A stretch of DNA of 64,000 bases, taken from positions 1 through 64,000 of IMG/VR virus record IMGVR_UViG_3300010373_000004. One strand, 5' to 3'. A program made the translations under genes and the position numbers. The notes beneath the pieces were generated by a model. It did no database searches and was not told the DNA's origin. It was given only the letters and a program-made list of their open reading frames with translations. Below are positions 48,421 to 56,453 of this stretch, piece after piece. The stretch's first letter is position 1; every line of letters starts with the position of its first letter. This DNA comes from a virus.

Positions 48421-48969
48421 ATGGCAAAGCTTTCAAAGGCAAATAAGGACACTCTCGAAATTCTTAAGAAGGGTCTTGCAGGCAAGGAAGGTCTACCTGA
48501 TGACTTGATGCAGCTTCTTGAAAAGACTATTATCGACATTAAGGAAGATGCATCTTCAAGTCGTGAGCGCAAGCCTCGATCTATTAGCAATATCTTCTCT
48601 CCGACTGCTGCAAAGATTTTCCGTATGCGAATTGTGGACGGCAAGTCTCAGCCCGATGTTGAGAAGGAACTTGATCTAGAGGCTCAGAAGGTAGCTTCCG
48701 GTGTTCGTGAAGTCGGATACAAGTTGGTGGCTCATCTTTTGAAGGATGAAAACATCGGCGAGGCAGTTAGCAAGGCAGTAGACGAACTGCTTGTTAAGTA
48801 TGCCACTGGTAAGGAACGAGGTTCTAAGGATGACACCGTAGAAACTCCTTCCGCTGATGGAGCTACAGAAGGTGAGGGCGATTCCACTGATGCTGATGCA
48901 GAGGTTGGTGAGGAACCCGGCACCGAGCCTGATGATGACGAACTAGCGGCACTTTTGGCTGCTGAGTAA
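48421..48969 (+). CDS. HTH (sigma region 4-like) protein with acidic tail
   Basis: 'SPTAAKIFRMRIVDGKSQPDVEKELDL'; Asp/Glu-rich C-terminus. Confidence 0.55.
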   Translation: MAKLSKANKDTLEILKKGLAGKEGLPDDLMQLLEKTIIDIKEDASSSRERKPRSISNIFSPTAAKIFRMRIVDGKSQPDVEKELDLEAQKVASGVREVGYKLVAHLLKDENIGEAVSKAVDELLVKYATGKERGSKDDTVETPSADGATEGEGDSTDADAEVGEEPGTEPDDDELAALLAAE

Positions 48970-48984
48970 ATCTCACAAAACTTT

Positions 48985-49029
48985 ACTATACCTTTAGCCA
49001 GGAGAAACACTCCTGGCTAATTGTATAGT
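48985..49029 (+). terminator. Long hairpin after 48969 (terminator or processing site)
   Basis: ACTATAC..TTAGCCAGGAG-aaaca-CTCCTGGCTAA..GTATAGT. Confidence 0.55.
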
Positions 49030-49334
49030 TTGGACCGAACGAAATGAAAATCAAAGGTTTATCTCGGTCTAAAAAGCTTGAAGCAAAGAAAGCGCGGATT
49101 CCAAAACATGGTCGCAGCTTTATCAAGTATTATTTAGAGGAAGAATGGAAGCGTGAGTCTAGACAGATACGACTTGGATTATTGCCAACCACCAGATGAT
49201 CTTCCTGAAAAGCCAGAACTAGATGGTTTTGCGCTGGACAGAAAGATTCAAATGTCGCGTGAAGAAAGAGATAGAAAGGATTGGGAAGACTATCAGCGTT
49301 TTGAAAGCTGGCGTGAACATCAAAGGATGCATTC

Positions 49335-49613
49335 ATGAACTGTGATTTTTGCGGCCGAGAAACTGGTGATGATTATACTGTTAAGTATTGCGATCCTTTC
49401 ATTATTTCCACGCCACTCAGTACATTTATTGATGGTGGAGAGTGGTCGGCGTGTGAAGATTGTGCTCCCTTGGTGGATGACGATAATATAGGAGAACTTC
49501 TCCAGCGTGCATACCGCCAAAATGGCGTCGCAATGAAGAATGATTCACATTCTATGCATTTGAAAGCACATTATCAGTTCTTGTTTACTGCTTTTCTTAT
49601 GCACAAGAGGTAA
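49335..49613 (+). CDS. Small Zn-finger protein
   Basis: CDFC...WSACEDC. Confidence 0.55.
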   Translation: MNCDFCGRETGDDYTVKYCDPFIISTPLSTFIDGGEWSACEDCAPLVDDDNIGELLQRAYRQNGVAMKNDSHSMHLKAHYQFLFTAFLMHKR

Positions 49614-49615
49614 TT

Positions 49616-49888
49616 ATGAGTACAGATGTTGCAGAAAGAAACTTCAAGCCTGGATTATGGTACGGACCAAAAGAGTTATGCTCTCCAGCAACGAAGTGTG
49701 ATTGGTGTGGATGCGATGATTCTCCGTGTACGCGATTTACTGTGCAGGGTTTGCGTAACCAAACTGAAAACGTATGTGCAGAATGTGAAAAGCTAGCGCG
49801 TCGAATCAGTATTGGATCATTTCGTATCAATCCTAAGCATAAAGCTTTGATTGCTAAAGCAAGATTGCAGCGTAAAAATAGGACTTGA
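49616..49888 (+). CDS. Small Zn-finger protein
   Basis: CDWC...CAEC. Confidence 0.55.
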   Translation: MSTDVAERNFKPGLWYGPKELCSPATKCDWCGCDDSPCTRFTVQGLRNQTENVCAECEKLARRISIGSFRINPKHKALIAKARLQRKNRT

Positions 49889-49913
49889 CACGCTCCTGCT
49901 GATGTGGTAGTAT
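49885..49913 (+). promoter_or_regulatory. Sigma70 promoter driving the tRNA cluster
   Basis: TTGACA-17-TAGTAT with TG. Confidence 0.8.
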
Positions 49914-50048
49914 AGATGAGTCGCTTCGGTGACTCTCCTTTCTCCCTCAATTCAAGACATGCTTTGCTGATTTTAGACACTTGAATCCAAATAAAACGGT
50001 TTAATAAATTAGCTCCAAAGGACCGAATTAGATACTCGGTCTTACTAT

Positions 50049-50123
50049 TGGGGATTAAGATCAGTCAGGTAGATGGCTCGGCCTGGAACCGAGAGGTCGC
50101 GAGTTCGAATCTCGCATCCCCAA
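50049..50123 (+). tRNA. tRNA-Pro(TGG)
   Basis: Cloverleaf; anticodon loop CC-TGG-AA. Confidence 0.85.
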
Positions 50124-50292
50124 CAACTACTTCTATTTTAGAATAAAGAGAAAGATAATGAAGCGATTTGAATTGACTGGATGGAAGGGAGCTATTGCAT
50201 CTTGGTATGTGATTTTGTCCCTTGTTTTTGGAGTTGCTACAGAAGTTTATGTAGTTGCAACTCATGCTGTTCCAGCAGCAAATGCAGTTCAT

Positions 50293-50367
50293 AGCCTAGT
50301 GGCCAAGCGGTAAGGCAGGAGACTGTTAATCTTCTATGCGTAGGTTCGAATCCTACCTGGGCTGCCA
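50293..50367 (+). tRNA. tRNA-Asn(GTT), CCA encoded
   Basis: Cloverleaf. Confidence 0.9.
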
Positions 50368-50369
50368 AT

Positions 50370-50444
50370 CCTCTGTTAGTCGAACGGTTTAAGATACCGC
50401 CCTGTCAAGGCGTGTGATTACGGGTTCAAATCCCGTACAGAGGG
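50370..50444 (+). tRNA. tRNA-Asp(GTC)
   Basis: Cloverleaf. Confidence 0.85.
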
Positions 50445-50499
50445 CTGTCGTTAAACTTTAAGATTTGTGGAAGTTCATCGTTATAAACAAATCACTGAT

Positions 50500-50570
50500 G
50501 GCGCATTCATCTAATGGCAGGATAAGTGACTTTCAATCATTTCGCAGGGGTTCGATCCCCCTATGCGCTA
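50500..50570 (+). tRNA. tRNA-Glu(TTC)
   Basis: Cloverleaf. Confidence 0.9.
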
Positions 50571-50571
50571 C

Positions 50572-50661
50572 TCCGAACCGCCGGTCTAGAACGGTCATAG
50601 TGTATGGTATTGCACGTTAGCTGCGCGAGCTAAAAGTAGAGTTCGAATCTCTTGGAACGGA
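50572..50661 (+). ncRNA. Aberrant tRNA-like RNA (nominal anticodon CGC; interrupted acceptor stem)
   Basis: D arm, TTAGC/GCTAA anticodon stem and GTTCGAATC T loop present; acceptor split by a hairpin. Confidence 0.6.
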
Positions 50662-50666
50662 AACAT

Positions 50667-50737
50667 GCCCTGATAGTTAAATGGTATAACAGTAGTCTTG
50701 TAAACTTCTGTTCTCAGTTCGATTCTGAGTCGGGGCT
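50667..50737 (+). tRNA. tRNA-Thr(TGT)
   Basis: Cloverleaf. Confidence 0.85.
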
Positions 50738-50739
50738 CG

Positions 50740-50937
50740 ATGTTAATAGTAACATTTCACAATCAAGGTATGGATATAAACCTTCCACCAGATGAACAGT
50801 TTTGCGACTATAACGTAGAAGTTATGGTTACTACTAGTCCTACATCTGTAAAAACTATCTATAAAGGTAAAGTTAAGAAACACTATCGAAAAGATGGCTG
50901 GAAGAAATTGCTAGAGTTGGCAACAAAGCAACTCTGA
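50740..50937 (+). CDS. Hypothetical protein
   Basis: Fills the gap between tRNAs. Confidence 0.55.
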   Translation: MLIVTFHNQGMDINLPPDEQFCDYNVEVMVTTSPTSVKTIYKGKVKKHYRKDGWKKLLELATKQL

Positions 50938-50939
50938 AC

Positions 50940-51012
50940 GCTCCTGTGGTATAAAGGTCAATTATACTTGGTCTACACCCAAGTGATTCTAGTTCGAATC
51001 TAGACGGGAGTA
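50940..51012 (+). tRNA. tRNA-Val(TAC)
   Basis: Cloverleaf; loop TC-TAC-AC. Confidence 0.8.
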
Positions 51013-51077
51013 CAGTGACTCAGCCATCATGCACTTGATAATTTCTATCACAGTGGAACATTATAAGGATAACCATA

Positions 51078-51162
51078 GGAAATATGCTGGAGTGGTTTAA
51101 CAGGCACGCCTGCTAAGCGTGTGACCGTAACTGGTCCCTGAGTTCGAATCTCAGTATTTCCG
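51078..51162 (+). tRNA. tRNA-Ser(GCT)
   Basis: Cloverleaf with long variable arm. Confidence 0.9.
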
Positions 51163-51270
51163 CAGAGTCTTAGGGTTCGTGGTATAGAGGGCAGACTCTT
51201 TCAAAACACAGCATACTTACTGATAGTTTTAAGTTCGCGTGAGTTCTATCATTAAAAACTCTACGAAAAT

Positions 51271-51357
51271 GGAATTGTGGCCGAGTGGTTTAAGGCAATA
51301 GTCTTGAAAACTATCGACCGCGCGAGCGGTCCTAGGGTTCGAATCCCTACAATTCCT
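51271..51357 (+). tRNA. tRNA-Ser(TGA)
   Basis: Cloverleaf with long variable arm. Confidence 0.9.
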
Positions 51358-51374
51358 CTTGACAAATAAGTCAT

Positions 51375-51445
51375 GTGGTGCTAAGATAATGGTAGTCCCG
51401 CAGTTTGTGACACTGCGCGTTCCCGTTCGAACCGGGAGCATCACT
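51375..51445 (+). tRNA. tRNA-His(GTG)
   Basis: Cloverleaf; no encoded G-1. Confidence 0.8.
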
Positions 51446-51462
51446 CTTTTAAGGTTTATTGA

Positions 51463-51711
51463 ATGTCTAACGCATGGGATTTAACAACATCTGGTGCCTT
51501 AACCAGATTTAATAGTAATGTGAATACAAAAAGCACTTATGGACCGTCAACAGCGAGTATCGGTCCCAACAGTCTCAGTGCTTCTGGATATGTTGATCCT
51601 ACTATTGTAACAGCGAGTTTAGTTGAACCTTCTCAATATACTAGTCCGGCGGATAACGTCGCCAAAAAGTCATACCCCGGTTTCGAAATCGACGGAGTTA
51701 ATTACATTTAG
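51463..51711 (+). CDS. Hypothetical protein
   Basis: ORF with RBS. Confidence 0.5.
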   Translation: MSNAWDLTTSGALTRFNSNVNTKSTYGPSTASIGPNSLSASGYVDPTIVTASLVEPSQYTSPADNVAKKSYPGFEIDGVNYI

Positions 51712-51914
51712 AAGTTGGTCGTATTGTTGGTCCGACCATCCTCTTGGTAAAGTTCATATAGCTTGGTCGGATGATAGAAGCATTGCTTGTAAGAATATTT
51801 ATTTTGTTCCGCAACATTTTAGAGTTGGGGTTCTAGGATATCTTCCTATGGAAAAGCAAAAGAATCTTTGCAAGCATTGCGCCAAGGCTCTTGAATTAGA
51901 AAGAAGGAATATGT

Positions 51915-52052
51915 ATGCCCCTTCAAACAGGCACTTCACAGAAAGCAATTAGTAGTAATATAGCGACAGAAGTCAAGGCAGGAAAGCCACAAAAGCAAGC
52001 TGTGGCAATTGCAATGAGTAAAGCTGGTAAGAGCACTTCTAAAAAGAAGTAA
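51915..52052 (+). CDS. Small basic protein (45 aa, below track cut-off)
   Basis: [39 protein letters not shown], a pattern common in phages; RBS AAGGA. Confidence 0.7.
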   Translation: MPLQTGTSQKAISSNIATEVKAGKPQKQAVAIAMSKAGKSTSKKK

Positions 52053-52062
52053 CTTACCTCAT

Positions 52063-52133
52063 GCGCCTGTGATTAAATGGTATAATGGGTGCCTTCCAAG
52101 CATCATTTGAGAGTTCGATTCTCTCCAGACGCA
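52063..52133 (+). tRNA. tRNA-Gly(TCC)
   Basis: Cloverleaf. Confidence 0.85.
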
Positions 52134-52237
52134 CAATGGTTTACTAGTGACAAACAACGCTTTGCAATGATTAGGAACTAGTCGTCTAAGTAGCCTGTGA
52201 GTCGCGCATAAAGACGTTAATTGTGGAGACTCTTAAA

Positions 52238-52320
52238 GCCGCTGTGGTGGAACAGTAGACACGCTTGCCTTAGAAGCAAGTATTCTTATGAATGTACGAG
52301 TGCGAATCTTGTCAGCGGTA
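52238..52320 (+). tRNA. tRNA-Leu(TAG)
   Basis: Cloverleaf with long variable arm. Confidence 0.85.
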
Positions 52321-52321
52321 C

Positions 52322-52594
52322 ATGAGAACTATTAAAGATTCTGAGAGAGATAGAAGGAACGCTGATCTTAAAAGAAATGTAGTTGATGCTTTTAAACTAG
52401 CTAAAGGTTGCATTGATTGTGGGTACAAGGAAAATGCAGCAGCACTAGAATTTGATCACTTACCAGGCTTTAGGAAAAATGCTACAGTAGCTTCTCTAAT
52501 GTATAGAAGTCTTAAAGTAATTGTTGAAGAAATAAAGAAATGTGAAGTTGTATGCGCTAATTGTCATGCAATAAGAACGTATAATAGACGATAA
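52322..52594 (+). CDS. HNH endonuclease
   Basis: CIDCG...ALEFDH...EIKKCEVVCANCH; track start 52292 lies inside the tRNA. Confidence 0.85.
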   Translation: MRTIKDSERDRRNADLKRNVVDAFKLAKGCIDCGYKENAAALEFDHLPGFRKNATVASLMYRSLKVIVEEIKKCEVVCANCHAIRTYNRR

Positions 52595-52595
52595 T

Positions 52596-52678
52596 GCTTC
52601 CTTGGTGGAACGGTAGACACCCTGGACTTAAAATCCAGTGTTCGAAAGGACGTGTCGGTTCGAATCCGACAGGAAGTA
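52596..52678 (+). tRNA. tRNA-Leu(TAA)
   Basis: Cloverleaf. Confidence 0.9.
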
Positions 52679-52708
52679 CGGGTTTAATAAACCTAAATTA
52701 AAATTATA

Positions 52709-52930
52709 ATGGAGGCCCATGTAGTGGCTAAGTTATGTTCAAGCAACCTAGAAAGTTGCGAATTTGATTCCGAAACTGGAGTCTTAGTAATAGATTTTGT
52801 TGCAGGTTCTACTTATAAGTATAAGAATGTTCCTGCTAACATTTATCACGGCTTATTAGCTGCTGAGTCTCATGGAAAATTCTTCCATGAAAATATTAGG
52901 GATAAGTTCCCTTATCATAGAGTAGCTTAG
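52709..52930 (+). CDS. KTSC domain protein
   Basis: 'SSNL...L.IDF..GSTY.Y.NVP..IY.GLLAAESHGKFF..NIRD'. Confidence 0.85.
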   Translation: MEAHVVAKLCSSNLESCEFDSETGVLVIDFVAGSTYKYKNVPANIYHGLLAAESHGKFFHENIRDKFPYHRVA

Positions 52931-52942
52931 TCTACTCTTAGT

Positions 52943-53016
52943 GCTTCAATAGCCAAGTGATCTAAGGCGCTTGTCTGCAAAACAAGTATTCGTCGGTTTG
53001 AATCCGACTTGAAGCT
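52943..53016 (+). tRNA. tRNA-Cys(GCA)
   Basis: Cloverleaf. Confidence 0.9.
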
Positions 53017-53090
53017 CATTGGTTTGTTAGTTTTCCAAAAGACACATAGTCTCTTTGTGATTTACACGGTCTAGAAAAACTAACACAAAT

Positions 53091-53163
53091 GCCTCATTGG
53101 TCTAATGGACAGGGCGGCAGCCTTCTAAGCTGTTCGGTACAGGTTCGAATCCTGTATGAGGTA
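53091..53163 (+). tRNA. tRNA-Arg(TCT)
   Basis: Cloverleaf. Confidence 0.9.
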
Positions 53164-53193
53164 TATTAGCTAATCAAGGACTCAATTAGGTCA

Positions 53194-53583
53194 ATGAACA
53201 GCAATGAGCAAAAAGCTTTGCAATTAGGAATGCCTTTTGGTACAGCCTGTAATAGATTAAGAAAAAATATACTTTTTAAACTTCTAGTAGATTTTAAATT
53301 AAATGTATGTTTTCATTGTAATAGAGATATTACTAATGTAGACGAACTGAGTATTGAACACAAACAACCTTGGTTTAAAACAAATGCTGATTTATTTTGG
53401 GATTTAGATAATATAGCATTTAGTCACTACTCATGTAATTCAGGTGCTGCAAATCATGACAATCAGAGAATACTTAAAACCCATTGTATAAATGGGCATG
53501 AATATACAGAAGCAAATACGTCTAGGGTACTAATTCGCGGTAAAGTAACTCGTCGATGTAAAAAGTGTTTAAGTAATCGTTAA
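53194..53583 (+). CDS. HNH endonuclease with C-terminal Zn finger
   Basis: CFHC...SIEHKQPW...NIAFSHYSCN; KTHCINGH...CKKC. Confidence 0.8.
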   Translation: MNSNEQKALQLGMPFGTACNRLRKNILFKLLVDFKLNVCFHCNRDITNVDELSIEHKQPWFKTNADLFWDLDNIAFSHYSCNSGAANHDNQRILKTHCINGHEYTEANTSRVLIRGKVTRRCKKCLSNR

Positions 53584-53598
53584 ATTATCGTATGACAC

Positions 53599-53826
53599 AT
53601 GACAGAAAAGCAATTTAAAGATAATAGTATTGTCTGGTGGAGTTGGGTCTTTCTTTGGTTAATACTGGAAGGATTGGGATTCTCACGGAAAACTCCGTGG
53701 GCGCCACTTACTGAGTATGTTTGGGCCATCGAAGATAGAAATCACTTGGCGCAGTACGGTTTCTTAGTTCTATTTGCGGCTCTGTTAGTCCACTTTGTCG
53801 GTAGGTGGACTGGACACAACGATTAA
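53599..53826 (+). CDS. Small membrane protein
   Basis: Two TM helices. Confidence 0.6.
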   Translation: MTEKQFKDNSIVWWSWVFLWLILEGLGFSRKTPWAPLTEYVWAIEDRNHLAQYGFLVLFAALLVHFVGRWTGHND

Positions 53827-53828
53827 AT

Positions 53829-53902
53829 GGTCCTGTGGTGTACGGGTGCGTGCATAAGTGTCTTATAAACACCAGGTTCTAGTTCGACTCTAGGCAGGAC
53901 TA
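53829..53902 (+). tRNA. tRNA-Ile(TAT)
   Basis: Cloverleaf; loop CT-TAT-AA. Confidence 0.8.
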
Positions 53903-53907
53903 CGTAT

Positions 53908-53980
53908 GCTCCGATAGCTCAGATGGTAGAGCGCATGTCTGAAAAACATGAGGTCGTCGGATCGATACCGACTCGGAGCA
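53908..53980 (+). tRNA. tRNA-Phe(GAA)
   Basis: Cloverleaf. Confidence 0.9.
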
Positions 53981-53986
53981 CTTATT

Positions 53987-54058
53987 GCTCGCTTACGCTA
54001 ATGGTTGGCGACAGTTCTGATAAAGCTGTGTGAGGTAGTCCGATTCTACCAGCGAGTA
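53987..54058 (+). tRNA. tRNA-Ile(GAT)
   Basis: Cloverleaf. Confidence 0.8.
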
Positions 54059-54075
54059 CAAAGCTAAAATAGCAC

Positions 54076-54104
54076 TTGACATCGTTCCTCCAGTATGGTA
54101 TTAT
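54076..54104 (+). promoter_or_regulatory. Sigma70 promoter inside the tRNA cluster
   Basis: TTGACA-17-TATTAT with TG. Confidence 0.8.
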
Positions 54105-54118
54105 AGATAGGTCGTTGA

Positions 54119-54190
54119 GCGCCTCTGACGTAACGGTAGCGTAGCGGACTTTTAATCCGACAAGTAAGAGTTCGAATCTCTTGGGGCGTA
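54119..54190 (+). tRNA. tRNA-Lys(TTT)
   Basis: Cloverleaf. Confidence 0.9.
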
Positions 54191-54199
54191 CAAAAAGAA

Positions 54200-54433
54200 A
54201 TGCTAAAAACAAAAGAAGCAGTAAAAAGAACAGCTACCTTCAAAGCTTTTGAAATTGAAGGTCTTTGGTATCGTGAAACCTGTAATTTCTGTGGTAAGGA
54301 AATAGATCACTTCTATAAATTAGAGTTTGACGATACATATCCAATAAAGGAAAATCAGGATGGTCCTAATAGACCATACATTTATCTTTGTTTGGAACAT
54401 TACGAACGGTTAACACATGCTCCAGTAGCATAA
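54200..54433 (+). CDS. Small Zn-finger protein
   Basis: CNFC...LCLEH. Confidence 0.55.
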   Translation: MLKTKEAVKRTATFKAFEIEGLWYRETCNFCGKEIDHFYKLEFDDTYPIKENQDGPNRPYIYLCLEHYERLTHAPVA

Positions 54434-54491
54434 TGGAAAGTGTCTCTGCCTTCGAAGCAGGTGGGTACGGGTTCGAATCCTGTCTGGAGTA
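54419..54491 (+). tRNA. tRNA-Arg(TCG)
   Basis: Cloverleaf; loop CT-TCG-AA. Confidence 0.85.
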
Positions 54492-54535
54492 CGCAAATGG
54501 TTACTCAATAGACTCTCGTTTGATGGAATTAGAAT

Positions 54536-54606
54536 GGGCCATTAAGTTAATGGGAAACTTCCTGCTTTGCACGCAGGGTTTGAGAGTTCGATTCTCTCAT
54601 GGTCCA
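54536..54606 (+). tRNA. tRNA-Ala(TGC)
   Basis: Cloverleaf; G3-U70. Confidence 0.9.
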
Positions 54607-54607
54607 C

Positions 54608-54680
54608 TGCGGGATAGTGTAATAGCAACATGCCAGCCTCATAAGCTGTGCGACTATGGGTGCAAATCCCATTTCCGCTA
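54608..54680 (+). tRNA. tRNA-Met(CAT), initiator-like
   Basis: Cloverleaf; 1:72 mismatch. Confidence 0.8.
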
Positions 54681-54818
54681 CTGAGTTGTCAGAGTCTTTA
54701 AAACTGTCTGTCAGTTACCAATCTGACATTAATTAAAATTGGGTGCGCGAATAGAATTAACGAGGCGTCGCTACACGCCTACACAGCGAGTAATGTCGGT
54801 GAGCTATTCCGGTAAAAT

Positions 54819-54889
54819 TGCCGAGTGTTGTAATGGTAGCAAAAGTGACTTTGAATCATTTAGTCTGGGTTCGAAACCTAGCTCGGCAG
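54819..54889 (+). tRNA. tRNA-Gln(TTG)
   Basis: Cloverleaf. Confidence 0.85.
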
Positions 54890-54963
54890 CTACACAGTAG
54901 TCGAATAATAGACAGCCTGACAAAGGTAAATGTGCAAGAATGAGAGAATCTTGCCTGTGGTAG
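54890..54963 (+). ncRNA. Degenerate tRNA-like RNA
   Basis: CTACACAG/CTGTGGTAG acceptor, D-like arm, GCCT/AGGT arm, GCAAGA/TCTTGC arm without TTC. Confidence 0.5.
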
Positions 54964-55059
54964 GAAGCCAGTAATCCTTATTCCAAACTGGTTGTACATA
55001 AATGAATTGGTGCCTTAACCTTTAGGTAAAAGCTTAATGTCTAGAACGCCAATTCTTAT

Positions 55060-55132
55060 TACCGAATGGTGTAATAGGTAACACAACTGTCTCTGAAACA
55101 GTAGAGTAGTGGTTCGAAGCCACTTTCGGTAG
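55060..55132 (+). tRNA. tRNA-Gln(CTG)
   Basis: Cloverleaf. Confidence 0.9.
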
Positions 55133-55190
55133 CCGCGCCCTCAAACATGCCAAACAGTTCACTAGCTCTGTATAAAAAGCTAGTTTTATT

Positions 55191-56198
55191 TTGTCTATGA
55201 GTTTATCACTTCTTTCTTTTAATAATCAAGTAGCTTCCGGCGCTGTAGTTAACGCCGTTAAGCTTGCACGACCTAGAGCCATACTTGTTATGGACGTAAA
55301 TAATAAGCCGTATCTTGAAGATTTGCGTGCAGCTAATCCTAATATGTGGGTCATTGCGCGTAATTATCAATTTGACGGAAACTATGATGGTCCAGCAGCG
55401 TATCAAACTGGACAGCAACATGGTGAAGCAGCACTAAATATTGAAGCAAATGGATTTAAGTTTGATCGCTGGACGAGTATAAATGAGCCAATATCTGATT
55501 GGGAACCTAATTGGTCTTGGTATGATAGTTATGCTGCTGGGTTTTATGATACTGTGGGTGACAGGGCGTTGGCGTTCAATACTGCAACGGGTAACTTTCC
55601 TAAAGTATCGTCTCCTGGACAATTTGTAGAGGATGACTTTGACCGTTTTACCCAAATTCAACAACGTTACCACAAATTTGCATTTCATGCCTACGGTCAT
55701 CCTAGATTTGATGCCAATTCGGTTCCCTGGTGGATCGGTCGTTACCAGCATTTTATTCATGATCCGCTGGCGGAGATTCACCTTACTGAGGTCGGATATC
55801 ATACGGTTAGTGGCAATCCCACTCCAGATAAGGGTTACAAATACGACGGTGTAACCGAAGATGATTACTGGAACCAAATGGTTTGGCTTGATGATTTTCA
55901 TATCGCCGATCCTAGGGTTGAGGATTTATGTGTGTTTATCGTTGGAGGGAACTCTGGCTGGTCATCTTTTGAAATACTAGGAACATCAATCATTCAGCGA
56001 CTTGCTGACAGGAATAATGAATTGGATCAAACAATTGGGCAGCAGTTGGCTGCATTTCAAACACAATTTCAAACACAAAATGATATGTTAGGTCATGGTC
56101 TGTCTGATTTTGTAAAGGCTAATCCTAGTCTAGAAACACAAGAGCTAAAGACATGGTTGAAGGCAATGTCACCAGATGCTCCGTGGGCGCAATTTTAA
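55191..56198 (+). CDS. Putative glycoside hydrolase (GH-A-like TIM barrel)
   Basis: 'INEP' acid/base, 'AFHAY', 'LTEVG' nucleophile. Confidence 0.65.
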   Translation: MSMSLSLLSFNNQVASGAVVNAVKLARPRAILVMDVNNKPYLEDLRAANPNMWVIARNYQFDGNYDGPAAYQTGQQHGEAALNIEANGFKFDRWTSINEPISDWEPNWSWYDSYAAGFYDTVGDRALAFNTATGNFPKVSSPGQFVEDDFDRFTQIQQRYHKFAFHAYGHPRFDANSVPWWIGRYQHFIHDPLAEIHLTEVGYHTVSGNPTPDKGYKYDGVTEDDYWNQMVWLDDFHIADPRVEDLCVFIVGGNSGWSSFEILGTSIIQRLADRNNELDQTIGQQLAAFQTQFQTQNDMLGHGLSDFVKANPSLETQELKTWLKAMSPDAPWAQF

Positions 56199-56453
56199 AT
56201 GCTACCTGAGAATGAAAGAGAGCAGATAAAACGAGCAGTCATAGGGTTTGCTGTTGATTTAACTAGAGCACTTCAAGAGTTTAAGTTTAGTTCTATGGCT
56301 TCTGATGAAGCTGAGGCTGTTTGGAATCTTATTGGTGCAACTTCAAATAATTACCTAGAAGTCATCGCTAGACCTAAGAAGCAAATCCATGCCAGCAAGC
56401 AAACGAAGTCTGCTGGTGAAACATTAAATACAAATACAGTAGTGACAGAATAA
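56199..56453 (+). CDS. Hypothetical protein
   Basis: Abutting ORF. Confidence 0.5.
   Translation: MLPENEREQIKRAVIGFAVDLTRALQEFKFSSMASDEAEAVWNLIGATSNNYLEVIARPKKQIHASKQTKSAGETLNTNTVVTE

Noticed and set aside
50940-51012. Possible amber suppressor (CTA in loop)
   Set aside because: Stem register puts TAC at the anticodon, and TAG is used as a normal stop in the genome
51359-51387. TTGACA-17-TAAGAT promoter
   Set aside because: The -10 box lies inside tRNA-His, so initiation would truncate it; uncertain and not listed as a feature
54681-55060. tmRNA (several pseudoknots)
   Set aside because: No Ala tRNA-like ends or tag ORF recognised, and the pseudoknots are separated by intact tRNAs
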